A stretch of DNA of 64,000 nucleotides from Candidatus Multivoradales bacterium (GCA_965223875.1 OZ245024.1:2483211-2547210), one strand, 5' to 3'; positions 1 to 9,900 are shown, numbered from the stretch's first letter. Translations and numbers: made by a program. The notes: generated from the letters alone by a model not told the origin.

Positions 1-2055
1 ATGGAGATCCTCGTTCCGGCCAGCCGGCTGATCCCCGAGGACGCGGAGGAGCCGCTGGCGATCGACGACTACATCTGGTCGGACAGCGGCGACAAGCTCC
101 TCGTCTTCACCAACACCCGCCGCGTCTGGCGCCACAACACTCGCGGTGACTACTGGGTGCTCGACCTCGAGTCGGGAAAGCTCTCCAAGCTCGGCGGAGA
201 GGCCGAAGAGGCGACGCTCATGTTCGCCAAGTTCTCTCCCGACGCGACCCGCGTCGCCTACGTCCGCGACCGGGATATCTACGTCGAGAAGCTGGCCGAC
301 GGCACCATCACCCGCCTGACCACCGCCGAAGCGGAGCACATCGTCAACGGCACCTCGGACTGGGTCCACGAAGAGGAGCTCGGTCTGCGAGACGGCTTCC
401 GCTGGAGCCCGGACGGCCGGCGCATCGCCTACTGGAACTTCGACACCTCGGGCATCGATACCTTCTACCTGATCAACAACACGGACGAGCTCTACCCGAA
501 GCTCACCGGAATCCCCTACCCGAAGGCCGGCACCACCAACTCGGCGACCCGCATCGGCATCGTCAGCGCCGAGGGCGGCGAGACCACCTGGATGAAGGAG
601 TCGGACGACCCCCGCGAGCACTACCTGGCGCGGATGGAGTGGGCGAACAACTCGGGCGAGATCATCGTCCAGCATCTCAACCGGCCGCAGAACGAGCTCG
701 CGATCATGATCGGCGACGTCGAGACCGGCGCCTACCGGACGATCACCGTCGACCGGGACGAGGCGTGGATCGACTACGTCGACACCTGGCCCTGGCTCGA
801 CGACGGGCGCTGGTTCCTGTGGACCAGCGAGCGCGACGGCTGGCGTCACGTCTATCGGATCTCGCGCGACGGCGAGCAGGCCGAGCTGCTGACGCCGGGT
901 GAGTTCGACGTCACCTCGATCGAGCGCGTCGACGATGAGGGCGGCTGGCTCTACTACACCGCGGTGCCCGACAACCCTCTAGAGCGCCAGCTCCTGCGCG
1001 CACCGCTCGACGGCTCCGGTGATGTCGAGCGACTGACGCCGGAGGATGCTTCCGGCTGGCACTCCTACGACGTCTCGCCGAGCGGCGAATGGGCTCTCCA
1101 CACCCACTCACGCTTCGGGCAACCGCCGACGATCGACTTCGTCCGCCTCCCGGCACACACGGTCGAGCGCACCCTGGTCGACAACGCCGAGCTCGAGGCC
1201 AAGCTCGAGGCGCTCGAGCAGGGCGAGATGCGGTTCTTCCGCGTCCGCATGCAGGACGGGCTCGAGCTCGATGGCTGGGAGCTCCTGCCGCCCGACTTCG
1301 ACCCGTCGAAGCGCTACCCGATCGTCTTCTACGTCTACGGCGAGCCCTGGGGGCAGACCGTCGCCGACCGCTGGGGCGGCAGCACCTACCTATGGCACCT
1401 GATGCTCGCCCAGCGCGGCTACGTGGTGGTGAGCATCGACAATCGCGGAACGCGCTCTCCGCGCGGCCGCGAGTGGCGCAAGATCATCTACAAGAACGTC
1501 GGCCCGATCGCCGCCGAGGATCAGGCCGAAGCGGCGCGCCAGCTGCTGGCGAGCGGCTACATCGACCCCGAGCGCGTCTCGATCTGGGGCTGGAGCGGCG
1601 GTGGCTCGATGACGCTCAACATGCTCTTCCGCCACCCCGAGATCTACAAAACCGGCATCTCGGTGGCTCCGGTGCCCGACCAGCGCTACTACGACACCAT
1701 CTACCAGGAGCGCTACTCCGGCCACCCGGAGCACGACCCGGAGTCCTACGAGCAGGGTTCACCCATCACCTTCGCCGAGAACCTCGAGGGCAACCTGCTG
1801 CTGATCCATGGGACGGGGGACGACAACGTCCACTACCAGGGCACCGAGGCACTGATCAACAAGCTGATCGGTGCCGGCAAGCAGTTCGAGATGATGGCCT
1901 ACCCGAACCGCTCGCACGGCATCCACGAGGGCGAGGGGACCACTCGTCACCTCTTCCAGAAGATGACCGACTACCTCGAGCGGAACGCTCCGCCGGGGCC
2001 CGCCGAGACCGAGTCGCCTGAAGTGCCGGAGACCGAGGCAGTTCCCAAGGGCTGA
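1..2055 (+). CDS. S9B dipeptidyl-peptidase IV-like serine peptidase (5' end truncated by window edge)
   Basis: 684-aa ORF open at position 1. N-terminal beta-propeller-like region (WSPDG repeats) followed by a prolyl-oligopeptidase alpha/beta domain with nucleophile motif GWSGGG; C-terminal His region HGTGDDNVH. Confidence 0.85.
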   Translation: MEILVPASRLIPEDAEEPLAIDDYIWSDSGDKLLVFTNTRRVWRHNTRGDYWVLDLESGKLSKLGGEAEEATLMFAKFSPDATRVAYVRDRDIYVEKLADGTITRLTTAEAEHIVNGTSDWVHEEELGLRDGFRWSPDGRRIAYWNFDTSGIDTFYLINNTDELYPKLTGIPYPKAGTTNSATRIGIVSAEGGETTWMKESDDPREHYLARMEWANNSGEIIVQHLNRPQNELAIMIGDVETGAYRTITVDRDEAWIDYVDTWPWLDDGRWFLWTSERDGWRHVYRISRDGEQAELLTPGEFDVTSIERVDDEGGWLYYTAVPDNPLERQLLRAPLDGSGDVERLTPEDASGWHSYDVSPSGEWALHTHSRFGQPPTIDFVRLPAHTVERTLVDNAELEAKLEALEQGEMRFFRVRMQDGLELDGWELLPPDFDPSKRYPIVFYVYGEPWGQTVADRWGGSTYLWHLMLAQRGYVVVSIDNRGTRSPRGREWRKIIYKNVGPIAAEDQAEAARQLLASGYIDPERVSIWGWSGGGSMTLNMLFRHPEIYKTGISVAPVPDQRYYDTIYQERYSGHPEHDPESYEQGSPITFAENLEGNLLLIHGTGDDNVHYQGTEALINKLIGAGKQFEMMAYPNRSHGIHEGEGTTRHLFQKMTDYLERNAPPGPAETESPEVPETEAVPKG

Positions 2056-2117
2056 CATCGCCTGAAGCGGCCGAGCGCTCCGTTGTCATACCGACCGGGG
2101 CGACCGGAGGGAGCGTA

Positions 2118-2135
2118 GTGGAGGGATCCCTCCAC
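2118..2135. repeat. Perfect 18-nt palindrome gtggagggatccctccac
   Basis: Read directly: gtggaggga/tccctccac. It lies 63 bp downstream of the DPP-IV stop, between convergent genes; possible terminator hairpin. Confidence 0.4.
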
Positions 2136-2139
2136 TACG

Positions 2140-2265
2140 GCCGCTCCGCGTCCTCCGGTCGGGATGACAACGCGAGGTTCCGCCGCTCCGCGTCCTCGGG
2201 TCGGGATGACAACGCGAGGTTCCGCCGCTCCGCGTCCTCGGATCGGGATGACAACGGGTGGTCAC
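2140..2265. repeat. 42-bp tandem direct repeat x3 (unit about ccgccgctccgcgtcctcgggtcgggatgacaacgcgaggtt)
   Basis: gggatgac recurs at 2161, 2203 and 2245, period 42 = 14 codons. An inverted partial copy cgttgtcataccgac lies at 2089-2103. The array sits between the DPP-IV stop (2055) and the DUF1028 stop (2270). Confidence 0.8.
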
Positions 2266-2269
2266 CGGG

Positions 2270-3418
2270 TCATGGCGACAGCATCTCGATGACCGGCGAC
2301 GGCGAGAGCAGCACCGGACCGCTGCCGTAGTCGATCGTGACGTCGAGAATCACCTTGCCGGTCGTCACGCCCGACGTGATTCTCACCAGATAGAGACCCT
2401 CGCCCCTGTCGAGTATCGGCCCCAGCGAGACGCCCGCCGTACTGGAAGGATTGACGTCGACGGTGACGGTGGCACCGGGCTGCCTGATCTGAACGCCGAG
2501 CCAGTCCCGCGCGATGACGAACCCGCGCGCCCGGTGGACTCCGTTCGCGGGCATCCCCTCGTCGAGCAGAAGCATCTGCGAGCGGTTGTGGTCCGGTCGG
2601 CCGACCAGCGTCTGGCGCCAGTCGGCGAACAGCTGCTCGAGCTGAAGCACCGCGTCCTCGTCGTTGACGCCCTGGAAGGCGACGTTGAGGTCCATGAAGT
2701 AGGAGCCGTTGGCGCACCCGGTCGCCGCGTTGCAGGTGCCGTCCTGGTCGCCTCTGCGGGCCGCGACCATGTAGCCGACGTGAGCCGCCTTCTGGAAGCT
2801 CGGCGGCGGCGCGCCGCAGCCCTGGGGATTGCTCGGCGAGCAGGAGCAGCGGCCGTCGCCGCCCTGCTCGCGGGCGGCCAGCATCGCCGCCATCAGCCGG
2901 GCCGGCAGGTCGCCGTCCTCGTCTCGCAGCGCCGCCTCCGCCTCGGTGAGCACCGAGGCGCCGGTCAGCAGGTTCCCCTGCACGGCGTAGGTGATCGTCC
3001 CCATCCTCCCGGTCAGGTGCCCGGCGAATCCGCCGGCGAACGACCCGGTGAACCCGACCGACCTCTCCTGGGTGTCGACGATGCCGTACTGACGCGTCTG
3101 GTGGCCCGGGTCCTGGATTGCGAGCTTGATCAGGATCTCCTCCGGGCTGGTCCCGTTCATCAACTCCTGGAACATCAGCATCCGGTTCTGCCCGGTCACG
3201 TCGACCGAGCTCTGCGCCGCGCCGGCCCCTTTCCCGACCACCACGACCGAAGCGAGGCGCTTGAGATCGATCCCGGTGACGCAGGTCGCCGAGCCGATGG
3301 CCAGCTCACCGGTCTCCGAGTCCGAGATGGCGATCGACCATGTCGCCGAAGCTGCCTGCGGCAGCAGAAGCGCGAACCCGAGCAGGAATACCCAACAACG
3401 ACCTTTCGCAACACGCAT
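2270..3418 (-). CDS. DUF1028-family (Ntn-hydrolase-like) secreted protein
   Basis: The ORF is trimmed to the internal Met (MRVAKGRCWVFLLGFALLLPQAASA signal peptide), with GGAGGTG 6 nt upstream. The mature N-terminus TWSIAISDSETGELAIGSATC resembles the DUF1028 N-terminal nucleophile (TFSIVA...) motif. Confidence 0.65.
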   Translation of the reverse strand: MRVAKGRCWVFLLGFALLLPQAASATWSIAISDSETGELAIGSATCVTGIDLKRLASVVVVGKGAGAAQSSVDVTGQNRMLMFQELMNGTSPEEILIKLAIQDPGHQTRQYGIVDTQERSVGFTGSFAGGFAGHLTGRMGTITYAVQGNLLTGASVLTEAEAALRDEDGDLPARLMAAMLAAREQGGDGRCSCSPSNPQGCGAPPPSFQKAAHVGYMVAARRGDQDGTCNAATGCANGSYFMDLNVAFQGVNDEDAVLQLEQLFADWRQTLVGRPDHNRSQMLLLDEGMPANGVHRARGFVIARDWLGVQIRQPGATVTVDVNPSSTAGVSLGPILDRGEGLYLVRITSGVTTGKVILDVTIDYGSGPVLLSPSPVIEMLSP

Positions 3419-3531
3419 CTTCGACACCTCCAACTCCTGAAGTGAACCCGGCGATGAGCGGGGGAAGATCCCGCGGTGGAGAGGATTAGACCACGATCCG
3501 GAGATCGGTCGGGGCTGGCGCCCGGAGATCA

Positions 3532-5850
3532 ATGGCAGGAGGGCGTCGGGTAGACTCCGCCGACGTGCTTTGCCCATCGAACCACCGCGCTCTGAAGCAG
3601 CGCCTGGTCGTCTCGGTTGTCGTCCTGATGGCGGCCGGCGGCGGCCTGGCGGCCGACGACGGACCCCACTCGAAGCTGACGATCGAGCGGCTCTACTCGT
3701 TGCCGAACCTCATCGGTACCGCTCCACGCGGCTTCGCCTGGTCGCCGGACGGCGAGCACCTCGCCTTCCTCTGGAACGACGAGGGGCGCAACTTCATGGA
3801 TGTCTGGGTGGTCGACGCGACCGCGGAGAATGGCAAGCCGCGGCGCGTCACGCGGTTTGCGGACACCGCGCCGCCACGCGGGACCGACCAGGCCGGTCGT
3901 GGCGACGACCCCTACGAGGCGGCGGTGGCGCGCGAGGCGGACGAGCGCGACAGCGGAGTCTCTTCGGTCGCCTGGGGTGCCGGAGGGCACCTTCTCGTCG
4001 GCTTCCGGGGCGACCTCTGGAGCATCGATCCCGCGGGCGAGGCGACGACCCGGCTTACGGAGAGCGAGTCCGCGGAGCGAGCCGCGAGCTGGCTGCCGAA
4101 GAGCGATCGCATCGCCTTCCTCAGAGATGGTGATGTCTGGACGATGGACGCGAGCGGGACCGCCGTGCAAGCCACTGAGCTCGCGGGCACCGACACCCGG
4201 GTCGGCAGCTTTCGCTGGTCCCCCGACGGCTCCAGACTGGCCGTCCTCGAGAGCGATCGCCGGGCCGTTCCGGAGCGCTCGATCCCCGACTACCTGACAG
4301 AGGAGCCGGTGCTCCACAAGCTGCGGCGGGCATTCCCCGGCGAGCCCGCTCCCCTCCAGCGCCTCGGAGTCGTCGACCTCTCGGCGGACGGGGCACCGAC
4401 GCCGATCCGCTGGGTCGAGCTGACCGACCCCGCCCCCGACATGCTGCTCTCTTATCGCTGGTCCCCCGACGGGGCCTGGCTTGCGGTTGATACCAGCGAC
4501 CTCTACGCCAAGGACCGCCGGATCTTCCTGGTCGACACGGCGACGCTCGAAGGTCGACTGCTCGAGCGCGACCTCGACCCGGAGAACGAGACCTTCTACT
4601 TCTGGCGCATCGCCTGGGCGACCGACTCGAGCCGGCTCTATTTCCTTTCGGATCGCGACGAGGACTACCACGTCTGGGCCGTGTCACCCGACCGACCCGG
4701 TGAGGCCGAACGGCTCACGCGAGGCTCCTGGGCGGTGGCCGGACTCCACCCCGTGCCGGGAGGCCTGGTCGTGGTCGGCAACAAGGGCCGGCCGGAGGAG
4801 CGCCATCTCTTCTTCGTCGCCGATGGGGGCGGCGACCCCATCCGCCTGAGCCACCGCCCCGGAACCCACTCCCCGACTCTCTCTCCCGACGGTCGCTTCG
4901 CCGCGGTGGCCTTCTCGAGCGACGACACACCACCCGACCTCTGGCTCACCGAGGTTCGCCGCGACGGCTCGGCGAGCGAGACGACCGAGCGCCGTGTCAC
5001 CCGCTCGCCGCTTCCCGAGTTCGGCGACTACCGCTGGGTGACGCCGAGCTACGTCACCTTTCCGAGTCATGTCGACGGAACCACCCTCCACGGCCGGCTG
5101 ACCCTGCCGCCCGACTTCGATCCGGCGAAGACATACCCGGCGATTCTGGGCTCGGTCTACACCGATAGCGTGCGCAACCAGTGGGGTGGTCGCACGGCGC
5201 ATCCGACCTGGGGGCTCGACCAGTTCCTCGCTCAGGAAGGGGCCCAGGAGGGCTACGTGCTGCTCAACGTCGACATGCGCGGGAGCTGGGGGCGTGGCCG
5301 TGAGCATCGCCGCGGCATCCGGCTCGACTACGGCGGCATGGACATCGAGGACCTCGAGAGCGGAGCGCGCTTCCTCGCCGGCACCGGCTACGTCGACCCC
5401 GAGCGCATCGGCATCTGGGGCTCGAGCTACGGCGGACTGATGACCGCCATGTCGCTGTTCAGGAAGCCCGGACTCTACGCCGCCGGCATCGCCGGCGCCC
5501 CGGCCACCAACGTCTGGCACGCGCTGACCGGCCAGATGGCGGTGATGATGCGCCCCGAGGATCAGCCCGAAGAGTACGCCGACTCGTCTCCCTTCCTGCA
5601 CGGCGACGGCCTCGAGGATCCGCTGATGATCATCCACGGAATGCGCGACTGGATCGTCCTCTACAAGGACTCGGTGACCCTGGTGCAGCGACTGATCATG
5701 CTGGGCAAGGAGGACGTCGAGCTGGTGACCCTGCCGAGCGCGGGACACGGCTGGGACAACGAGGGCCTGGCGCAGACGCGATTCGCTTTCCGCAAGATGG
5801 TCGACTTCTTCGACCGGTATCTCGCGGAGCCGGAGGAGGCGACCGAATGA
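3532..5850 (+). CDS. S9 family serine peptidase with N-terminal TolB/DPP-IV-like beta-propeller
   Basis: 772 aa with a hydrophobic N-terminus (VVSVVVLMAAGGGLAADDG), WSPDG repeats, the GSSYGG nucleophile motif and the IHGMRD His motif. The start is uncertain; an internal start is possible. Confidence 0.8.
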   Translation: MAGGRRVDSADVLCPSNHRALKQRLVVSVVVLMAAGGGLAADDGPHSKLTIERLYSLPNLIGTAPRGFAWSPDGEHLAFLWNDEGRNFMDVWVVDATAENGKPRRVTRFADTAPPRGTDQAGRGDDPYEAAVAREADERDSGVSSVAWGAGGHLLVGFRGDLWSIDPAGEATTRLTESESAERAASWLPKSDRIAFLRDGDVWTMDASGTAVQATELAGTDTRVGSFRWSPDGSRLAVLESDRRAVPERSIPDYLTEEPVLHKLRRAFPGEPAPLQRLGVVDLSADGAPTPIRWVELTDPAPDMLLSYRWSPDGAWLAVDTSDLYAKDRRIFLVDTATLEGRLLERDLDPENETFYFWRIAWATDSSRLYFLSDRDEDYHVWAVSPDRPGEAERLTRGSWAVAGLHPVPGGLVVVGNKGRPEERHLFFVADGGGDPIRLSHRPGTHSPTLSPDGRFAAVAFSSDDTPPDLWLTEVRRDGSASETTERRVTRSPLPEFGDYRWVTPSYVTFPSHVDGTTLHGRLTLPPDFDPAKTYPAILGSVYTDSVRNQWGGRTAHPTWGLDQFLAQEGAQEGYVLLNVDMRGSWGRGREHRRGIRLDYGGMDIEDLESGARFLAGTGYVDPERIGIWGSSYGGLMTAMSLFRKPGLYAAGIAGAPATNVWHALTGQMAVMMRPEDQPEEYADSSPFLHGDGLEDPLMIIHGMRDWIVLYKDSVTLVQRLIMLGKEDVELVTLPSAGHGWDNEGLAQTRFAFRKMVDFFDRYLAEPEEATE

Positions 5851-7511
5851 GCCGATCGAGCCAGAAGACTCCGCGAAGCATCGCGCTCGGCCTGGCGGTG
5901 CTCCTGCTCGCCGCCATCCCCGCGGCCGGGTCCGATGACGGATGGGACCGCCTGGTGGAGATCGACGCGGCTCTCATAGAGCTCGGCTCACCGACGCGTG
6001 TCGATGGCGTGCCGCAGCTCGACGAGGCGGCGATCGCCGCAAGACGGGCCGAGCTCGAGCGAGCGAGAGCCGACCTCGCGACCCTCGATCCGTCCGCCTG
6101 GTCGGTGGCGGGCAAGGTCGACTTCCTGCTCGTCTGGGCGCGGGCCAACGCGCTCGAGTTCGAGCACCGGGTGACCCGCCCGTGGGCGCGAGATCCGATC
6201 TTCTGGCTCAACCAGGTGCGCCGCGTGCCCTGGGCCGATGTCGAGGACGAGGATCTCGAGACGTCGCTGGCCGCCGTCGCCCCGACACTGGAGCAGGCGA
6301 GGGCCAGTCTCACCGAGCCGCTCGGCGAGCTCGCGGACCTGGCGATCTTCCACCTCGAGAACTTCGACGGTGTCGGGCAGGGTGAGCCGTATCGTGACGA
6401 TCCGCCGGGGGGGACGATCGCTTGGTACGAGGACTTGTGTGGGCGGATCGCGGAGACGGTCGGGACCACGGCCGGCAGGGACGCCGGCCGCTTCAGGAGT
6501 CTGGGCGAGACGTGCGAGGGGGCGCTCGGGGCGGTTGCGGGTTACCGGGACTGGCTGAAGAGTGAGCGGTCCTCGATGCCGGCCTCGGCGGGCATCGGCA
6601 CCGAGCACCTCGACTGGTACTTCCGTAGCGTCCGCCTGCTTCCCTACGGCGTCGACGAGATGGTTCTGCTCGGCGAGCGGGAGTTCCATCGCTATCGTGC
6701 CGCGTGGGAGATCGCCCGCCGACGCAACCGCGACCTGCCCGAGCTCGAGCTGACGACGAGCCGCCAGCAGCACCAGGAGCGGACACGCGAAGCCGAGCGC
6801 CAGATCCGCGAGCTCGTCGAGGAGCAGGAGCTGCTCACCTTTCCCGAGGACACCCCGGAGAGCTTCGACACCGACACGTTCTGGAGCCCGCGCGCCGAGA
6901 CCGACCGCCACTTCTGGGAGGAGCTCCAGTTCCGCAACACCTTCAACAATCACATCCACGCATCGATCCCGGGGCACCGCTTCGACGGTTCGTTCGCCCG
7001 CCGGGTCGAGAACCCGATTCGTCGGGCCTACCGCGACAGCACCCGCGCCGAGGGCTGGGCCACCTACCTCGAGGAGATGTTCCTCCTCGCCGGCCTGACC
7101 CGCGAGGTACCGCGCGCCGACGAGCTCTTCTACGTCGCCCTGATGAAGCGGGCGAGCCGCATCTACGCCGAGACGAAGATGCAGGCCGGCGAGATGAGCC
7201 TGGCCGAGGCCAACCGCTACATGAGCGACTACGTCCCCTTCATGGAGGAGGACCTCGGCCGCTACGACCTTGAGGGCTACCTGCGCCGGCCGGGCTCGGG
7301 CAGCGGCTACATCATCGGCAAGATCCAGCTCGAGAAGCTGCTCTCGGAACGCTCGCTCGTTCTGGGCGACGACTTCGACCTCGGCGCCTTCCACGACGAC
7401 CTGCTCGGGCGCGGCATGATTCCGTTGACGCTCACGCGCTGGGAGATGACAGGGGCTTCGGACGAGGTCGAGTCGATCTGGGAGGCTGCGGTCGGCACTC
7501 CCTTCGAATAG
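5847..7511 (+). CDS. DUF885-like secreted protein (putative metallopeptidase-like)
   Basis: 4-bp ATGA overlap with the upstream peptidase, and a signal peptide. Motifs HASIPGHRFD and EGWATYLEEMF resemble the DUF885 HE-IPGHH/EGWA signature. Family assignment is from memory, not a search. Confidence 0.5.
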   Translation: MSRSSQKTPRSIALGLAVLLLAAIPAAGSDDGWDRLVEIDAALIELGSPTRVDGVPQLDEAAIAARRAELERARADLATLDPSAWSVAGKVDFLLVWARANALEFEHRVTRPWARDPIFWLNQVRRVPWADVEDEDLETSLAAVAPTLEQARASLTEPLGELADLAIFHLENFDGVGQGEPYRDDPPGGTIAWYEDLCGRIAETVGTTAGRDAGRFRSLGETCEGALGAVAGYRDWLKSERSSMPASAGIGTEHLDWYFRSVRLLPYGVDEMVLLGEREFHRYRAAWEIARRRNRDLPELELTTSRQQHQERTREAERQIRELVEEQELLTFPEDTPESFDTDTFWSPRAETDRHFWEELQFRNTFNNHIHASIPGHRFDGSFARRVENPIRRAYRDSTRAEGWATYLEEMFLLAGLTREVPRADELFYVALMKRASRIYAETKMQAGEMSLAEANRYMSDYVPFMEEDLGRYDLEGYLRRPGSGSGYIIGKIQLEKLLSERSLVLGDDFDLGAFHDDLLGRGMIPLTLTRWEMTGASDEVESIWEAAVGTPFE

Positions 7512-7541
7512 CTATACTCCGCGCCTAAGGGAACCGCCCTC

Positions 7542-9791
7542 TTGATGAGCCGATCCGTTCGTCTGGTCCTGCTGTCTCTGACGCTGTTCCTGGCCCTTTT
7601 TCCGCTGGCCGCGGGACGGCCCGGGCAGCCGCCGACGCTCAAGGCGGACGAGCCGGCCTACATGCTGATGGCGATGAGCCTGGTCGAGGACGGGGATCTG
7701 CGGGCCGAGGAGAAGGACATCCAGAGGGCCTTCGACGAGTTCCCCTACCTGCCGGTCAACAACCTGATCCTGATGACCCCGGACAACTGGCAGACGGTCT
7801 ACTTCGGCAAGCCCTACGTCTACTCGATGTTCGCGGCACCACTGGTCGGTCTGTTCGGCGTGCCCGGATTCCACAGCTTCAACCTGCTGCTGCTGATGGC
7901 GATGGTCGTGATGGGCACGATCTACCTGCGCGAGCACAACTCCGAGACCGTCGCGGCCCTCTTCGCCTGCGCCTTCTTCGTTCTCGGCCCGGCATTCGCC
8001 TACGCCTTCTGGATCCACCCCGAGATCATCAACATGTTCTCGGTCGCGGCCTGTCTCTTCCTGGCGTTCCACCTGCCCTCGCCGCCCGCCGGCTTCGGGA
8101 TCGGAAGCCACCTGCGCGGCGTGCTCGCCGATCCACGCTGGCGTACCGCCGGCTCGGCGGCCGTGCTGGCCATAGCGGTCTACAACAAACCGATGCTCTT
8201 CCTGCTCGGTGTGCCGGCTCTCTGGCTGGTCTTCAAGCGACAGGGCACCCGGGGCGCTCTGACCTGGATCGCCGCCGCGCTCGTCGGCGTGGGCGTCCTG
8301 ATCGGCATCTCGATGGCCTTCACCGGCAAGGCGACCGCCTACCTGGGGGTCGACCGTGGCGGTCTCAAGGTGTTGAGCCCGACCGGGTACGTCGACGCCA
8401 TCGACGATGTCCGCGGCCGCACCGAGCTCCACACCGACGAGGCCGCCAACTCCTGGCACTGGTTGGCTCGTCCGCCGGTGCTCGAAGAGCAATTCCTGGA
8501 GGATCTCGGCTACTTCCTCATCGGAAGGCACACGGGCCTCGTGCCCTACATGCCGCTCGGAGCCCTCGCGGTCCTGCTCTTCCTGCTTCACGGCAGACGC
8601 TTCCGCGAGCGGTGGCTGCTCCTCGCGTCCCTCGCGGTGGTCGCCCTCACCTTCCAGATATGGATCCCGTTCAACTGGCACGGGGGTGGCGGCTTCATCG
8701 GCAACCGCTACTTCGCCAACGCCTATCCGGCGTTCCTCTTCCTGGTGACGGCCGTACGCCCGGTCTGGCTGGCGCTCTCGGGAACCGCCTTCGCCAGTGT
8801 CCTTCTCGGAGCGATCATGGTCACGCCCTGGGGCGCGCCCGTGCCCCAGCCGACGATGCAGGCTCACGTCAGGGGCGGACTGTTCCGCTTCTTCCCTCTG
8901 GAGCTTTCGTTCCGCACCAGGATTCCCGGCTACGACACGTTCGGCTATCGCGGGGTCTCGATCACCGGGCGCAGAGACGTCTTCGAGGTCGCCGACGAGC
9001 AGAACGGCGTCTTCTGGATCCGGGGAGCCACGCGCAGCGAGCTCTGGTTCAGCAGCCTCAAGCCGCTGCCCAAGCTGATCTTCGAGATCGTCAGCCGGGC
9101 GCCCGACAACGAGATCGATGTCGAGGTCGGTGACGTGCGCGAGACACTCGTCTTCGAGGGCGTCGCTGGGCCCCCCGACAACAAACGCCGTGTCGTTCTC
9201 GAGCCCTCGGGGCCGACGAAGACACGTGTCTGGCAGGGGCAGCCAGAGTACATGTACCGCCTCATCGTGGCGCCGCGAACGGGAAGGCACGAGCGCGGCA
9301 ACATGCTCAACGTGAAGGTCAACCCGCTCTTCTACATCGGGGCAGAGGTCGCCTATCTGGGTACCGGCAGCAAGCAGGAGATCGTACGCGAGAACAGGAT
9401 CGAGTGGGTGGAGTGCGACCTTCCGAAGAGCCTGCCCGCCGCCGCACAGGGGATCGAGATCCCGGTGCGAGTTCGCAACACCGGAGTGAGCACCTGGGGC
9501 ATGCGCGGCGCCCGACAGGTGAATCTAGTCTACCGATGGCTGCGCGAGCCCGAGGGTCGGCTCGACTCGCCGCGGGGTCGCGAGACGCTCCACAGCGATG
9601 TCCGGCCGGGCGAGGACCTGTCGAAGTACATGCGCGTCAACACTCCCGAGGAGCCCGGCCGCTATACGCTGGTCTTCGACGCCATCAGGCGCCACGGCAG
9701 CCTGTTCTCGACCCACGGCGGCGACACCTGCCAACGTGAAGTCGACGTCCTTCCGTCCTCCGCCAGCAATCCAGCAGAGGGTGCGCAATGA
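7542..9791 (+). CDS. Polytopic membrane protein, GT-C-like (ArnT/PMT-type) glycosyltransferase candidate with C-terminal beta-sandwich domain
   Basis: At least 10 predicted TM helices in the first about 450 aa, with a DE dipeptide (KADEPAY) at the start of the first extracytoplasmic loop as in GT39/GT83. The about 290-aa C-terminal soluble domain has a VRVRNTG...YRW pattern. Confidence 0.5.
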   Translation: MMSRSVRLVLLSLTLFLALFPLAAGRPGQPPTLKADEPAYMLMAMSLVEDGDLRAEEKDIQRAFDEFPYLPVNNLILMTPDNWQTVYFGKPYVYSMFAAPLVGLFGVPGFHSFNLLLLMAMVVMGTIYLREHNSETVAALFACAFFVLGPAFAYAFWIHPEIINMFSVAACLFLAFHLPSPPAGFGIGSHLRGVLADPRWRTAGSAAVLAIAVYNKPMLFLLGVPALWLVFKRQGTRGALTWIAAALVGVGVLIGISMAFTGKATAYLGVDRGGLKVLSPTGYVDAIDDVRGRTELHTDEAANSWHWLARPPVLEEQFLEDLGYFLIGRHTGLVPYMPLGALAVLLFLLHGRRFRERWLLLASLAVVALTFQIWIPFNWHGGGGFIGNRYFANAYPAFLFLVTAVRPVWLALSGTAFASVLLGAIMVTPWGAPVPQPTMQAHVRGGLFRFFPLELSFRTRIPGYDTFGYRGVSITGRRDVFEVADEQNGVFWIRGATRSELWFSSLKPLPKLIFEIVSRAPDNEIDVEVGDVRETLVFEGVAGPPDNKRRVVLEPSGPTKTRVWQGQPEYMYRLIVAPRTGRHERGNMLNVKVNPLFYIGAEVAYLGTGSKQEIVRENRIEWVECDLPKSLPAAAQGIEIPVRVRNTGVSTWGMRGARQVNLVYRWLREPEGRLDSPRGRETLHSDVRPGEDLSKYMRVNTPEEPGRYTLVFDAIRRHGSLFSTHGGDTCQREVDVLPSSASNPAEGAQ

Positions 9792-9800
9792 GGGGCGCTC

Positions 9801-9900
9801 GATGACGGGGCATCCGGTGACGGGTATTCGGTGACGGGGTATTCGGTGACGGGACATTCGGTGACGGGACATTCGGTGACGGGGCATTCGGTGACGGGGC
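9801..9900. repeat. 15-bp tandem direct repeat array (about 7 copies of ggtgacggg[g][ty]attc)
   Basis: Read directly: gatgacggggcatcc, then ggtgacgggtattc, ggtgacggggtattc, ggtgacgggacattc x2, ggtgacggggcattc, ggtgacggggcc... It lies in the 157-bp gap between the GT-C-like stop and the GT4 start. Confidence 0.8.

Noticed and set aside
2118-2330. 70-aa ORF encoding repeated SASSGRDDNARFRR units
   Set aside because: The periodicity is a direct consequence of the 42-bp tandem DNA repeat. The ORF overlaps the convergent DUF1028 3' end and has no RBS, so it is more likely a repeat artefact than a gene.
9801-9900. Possible CRISPR array
   Set aside because: The 15-bp units are directly abutting with no spacers, far shorter than CRISPR repeats, and no cas genes are in the window.
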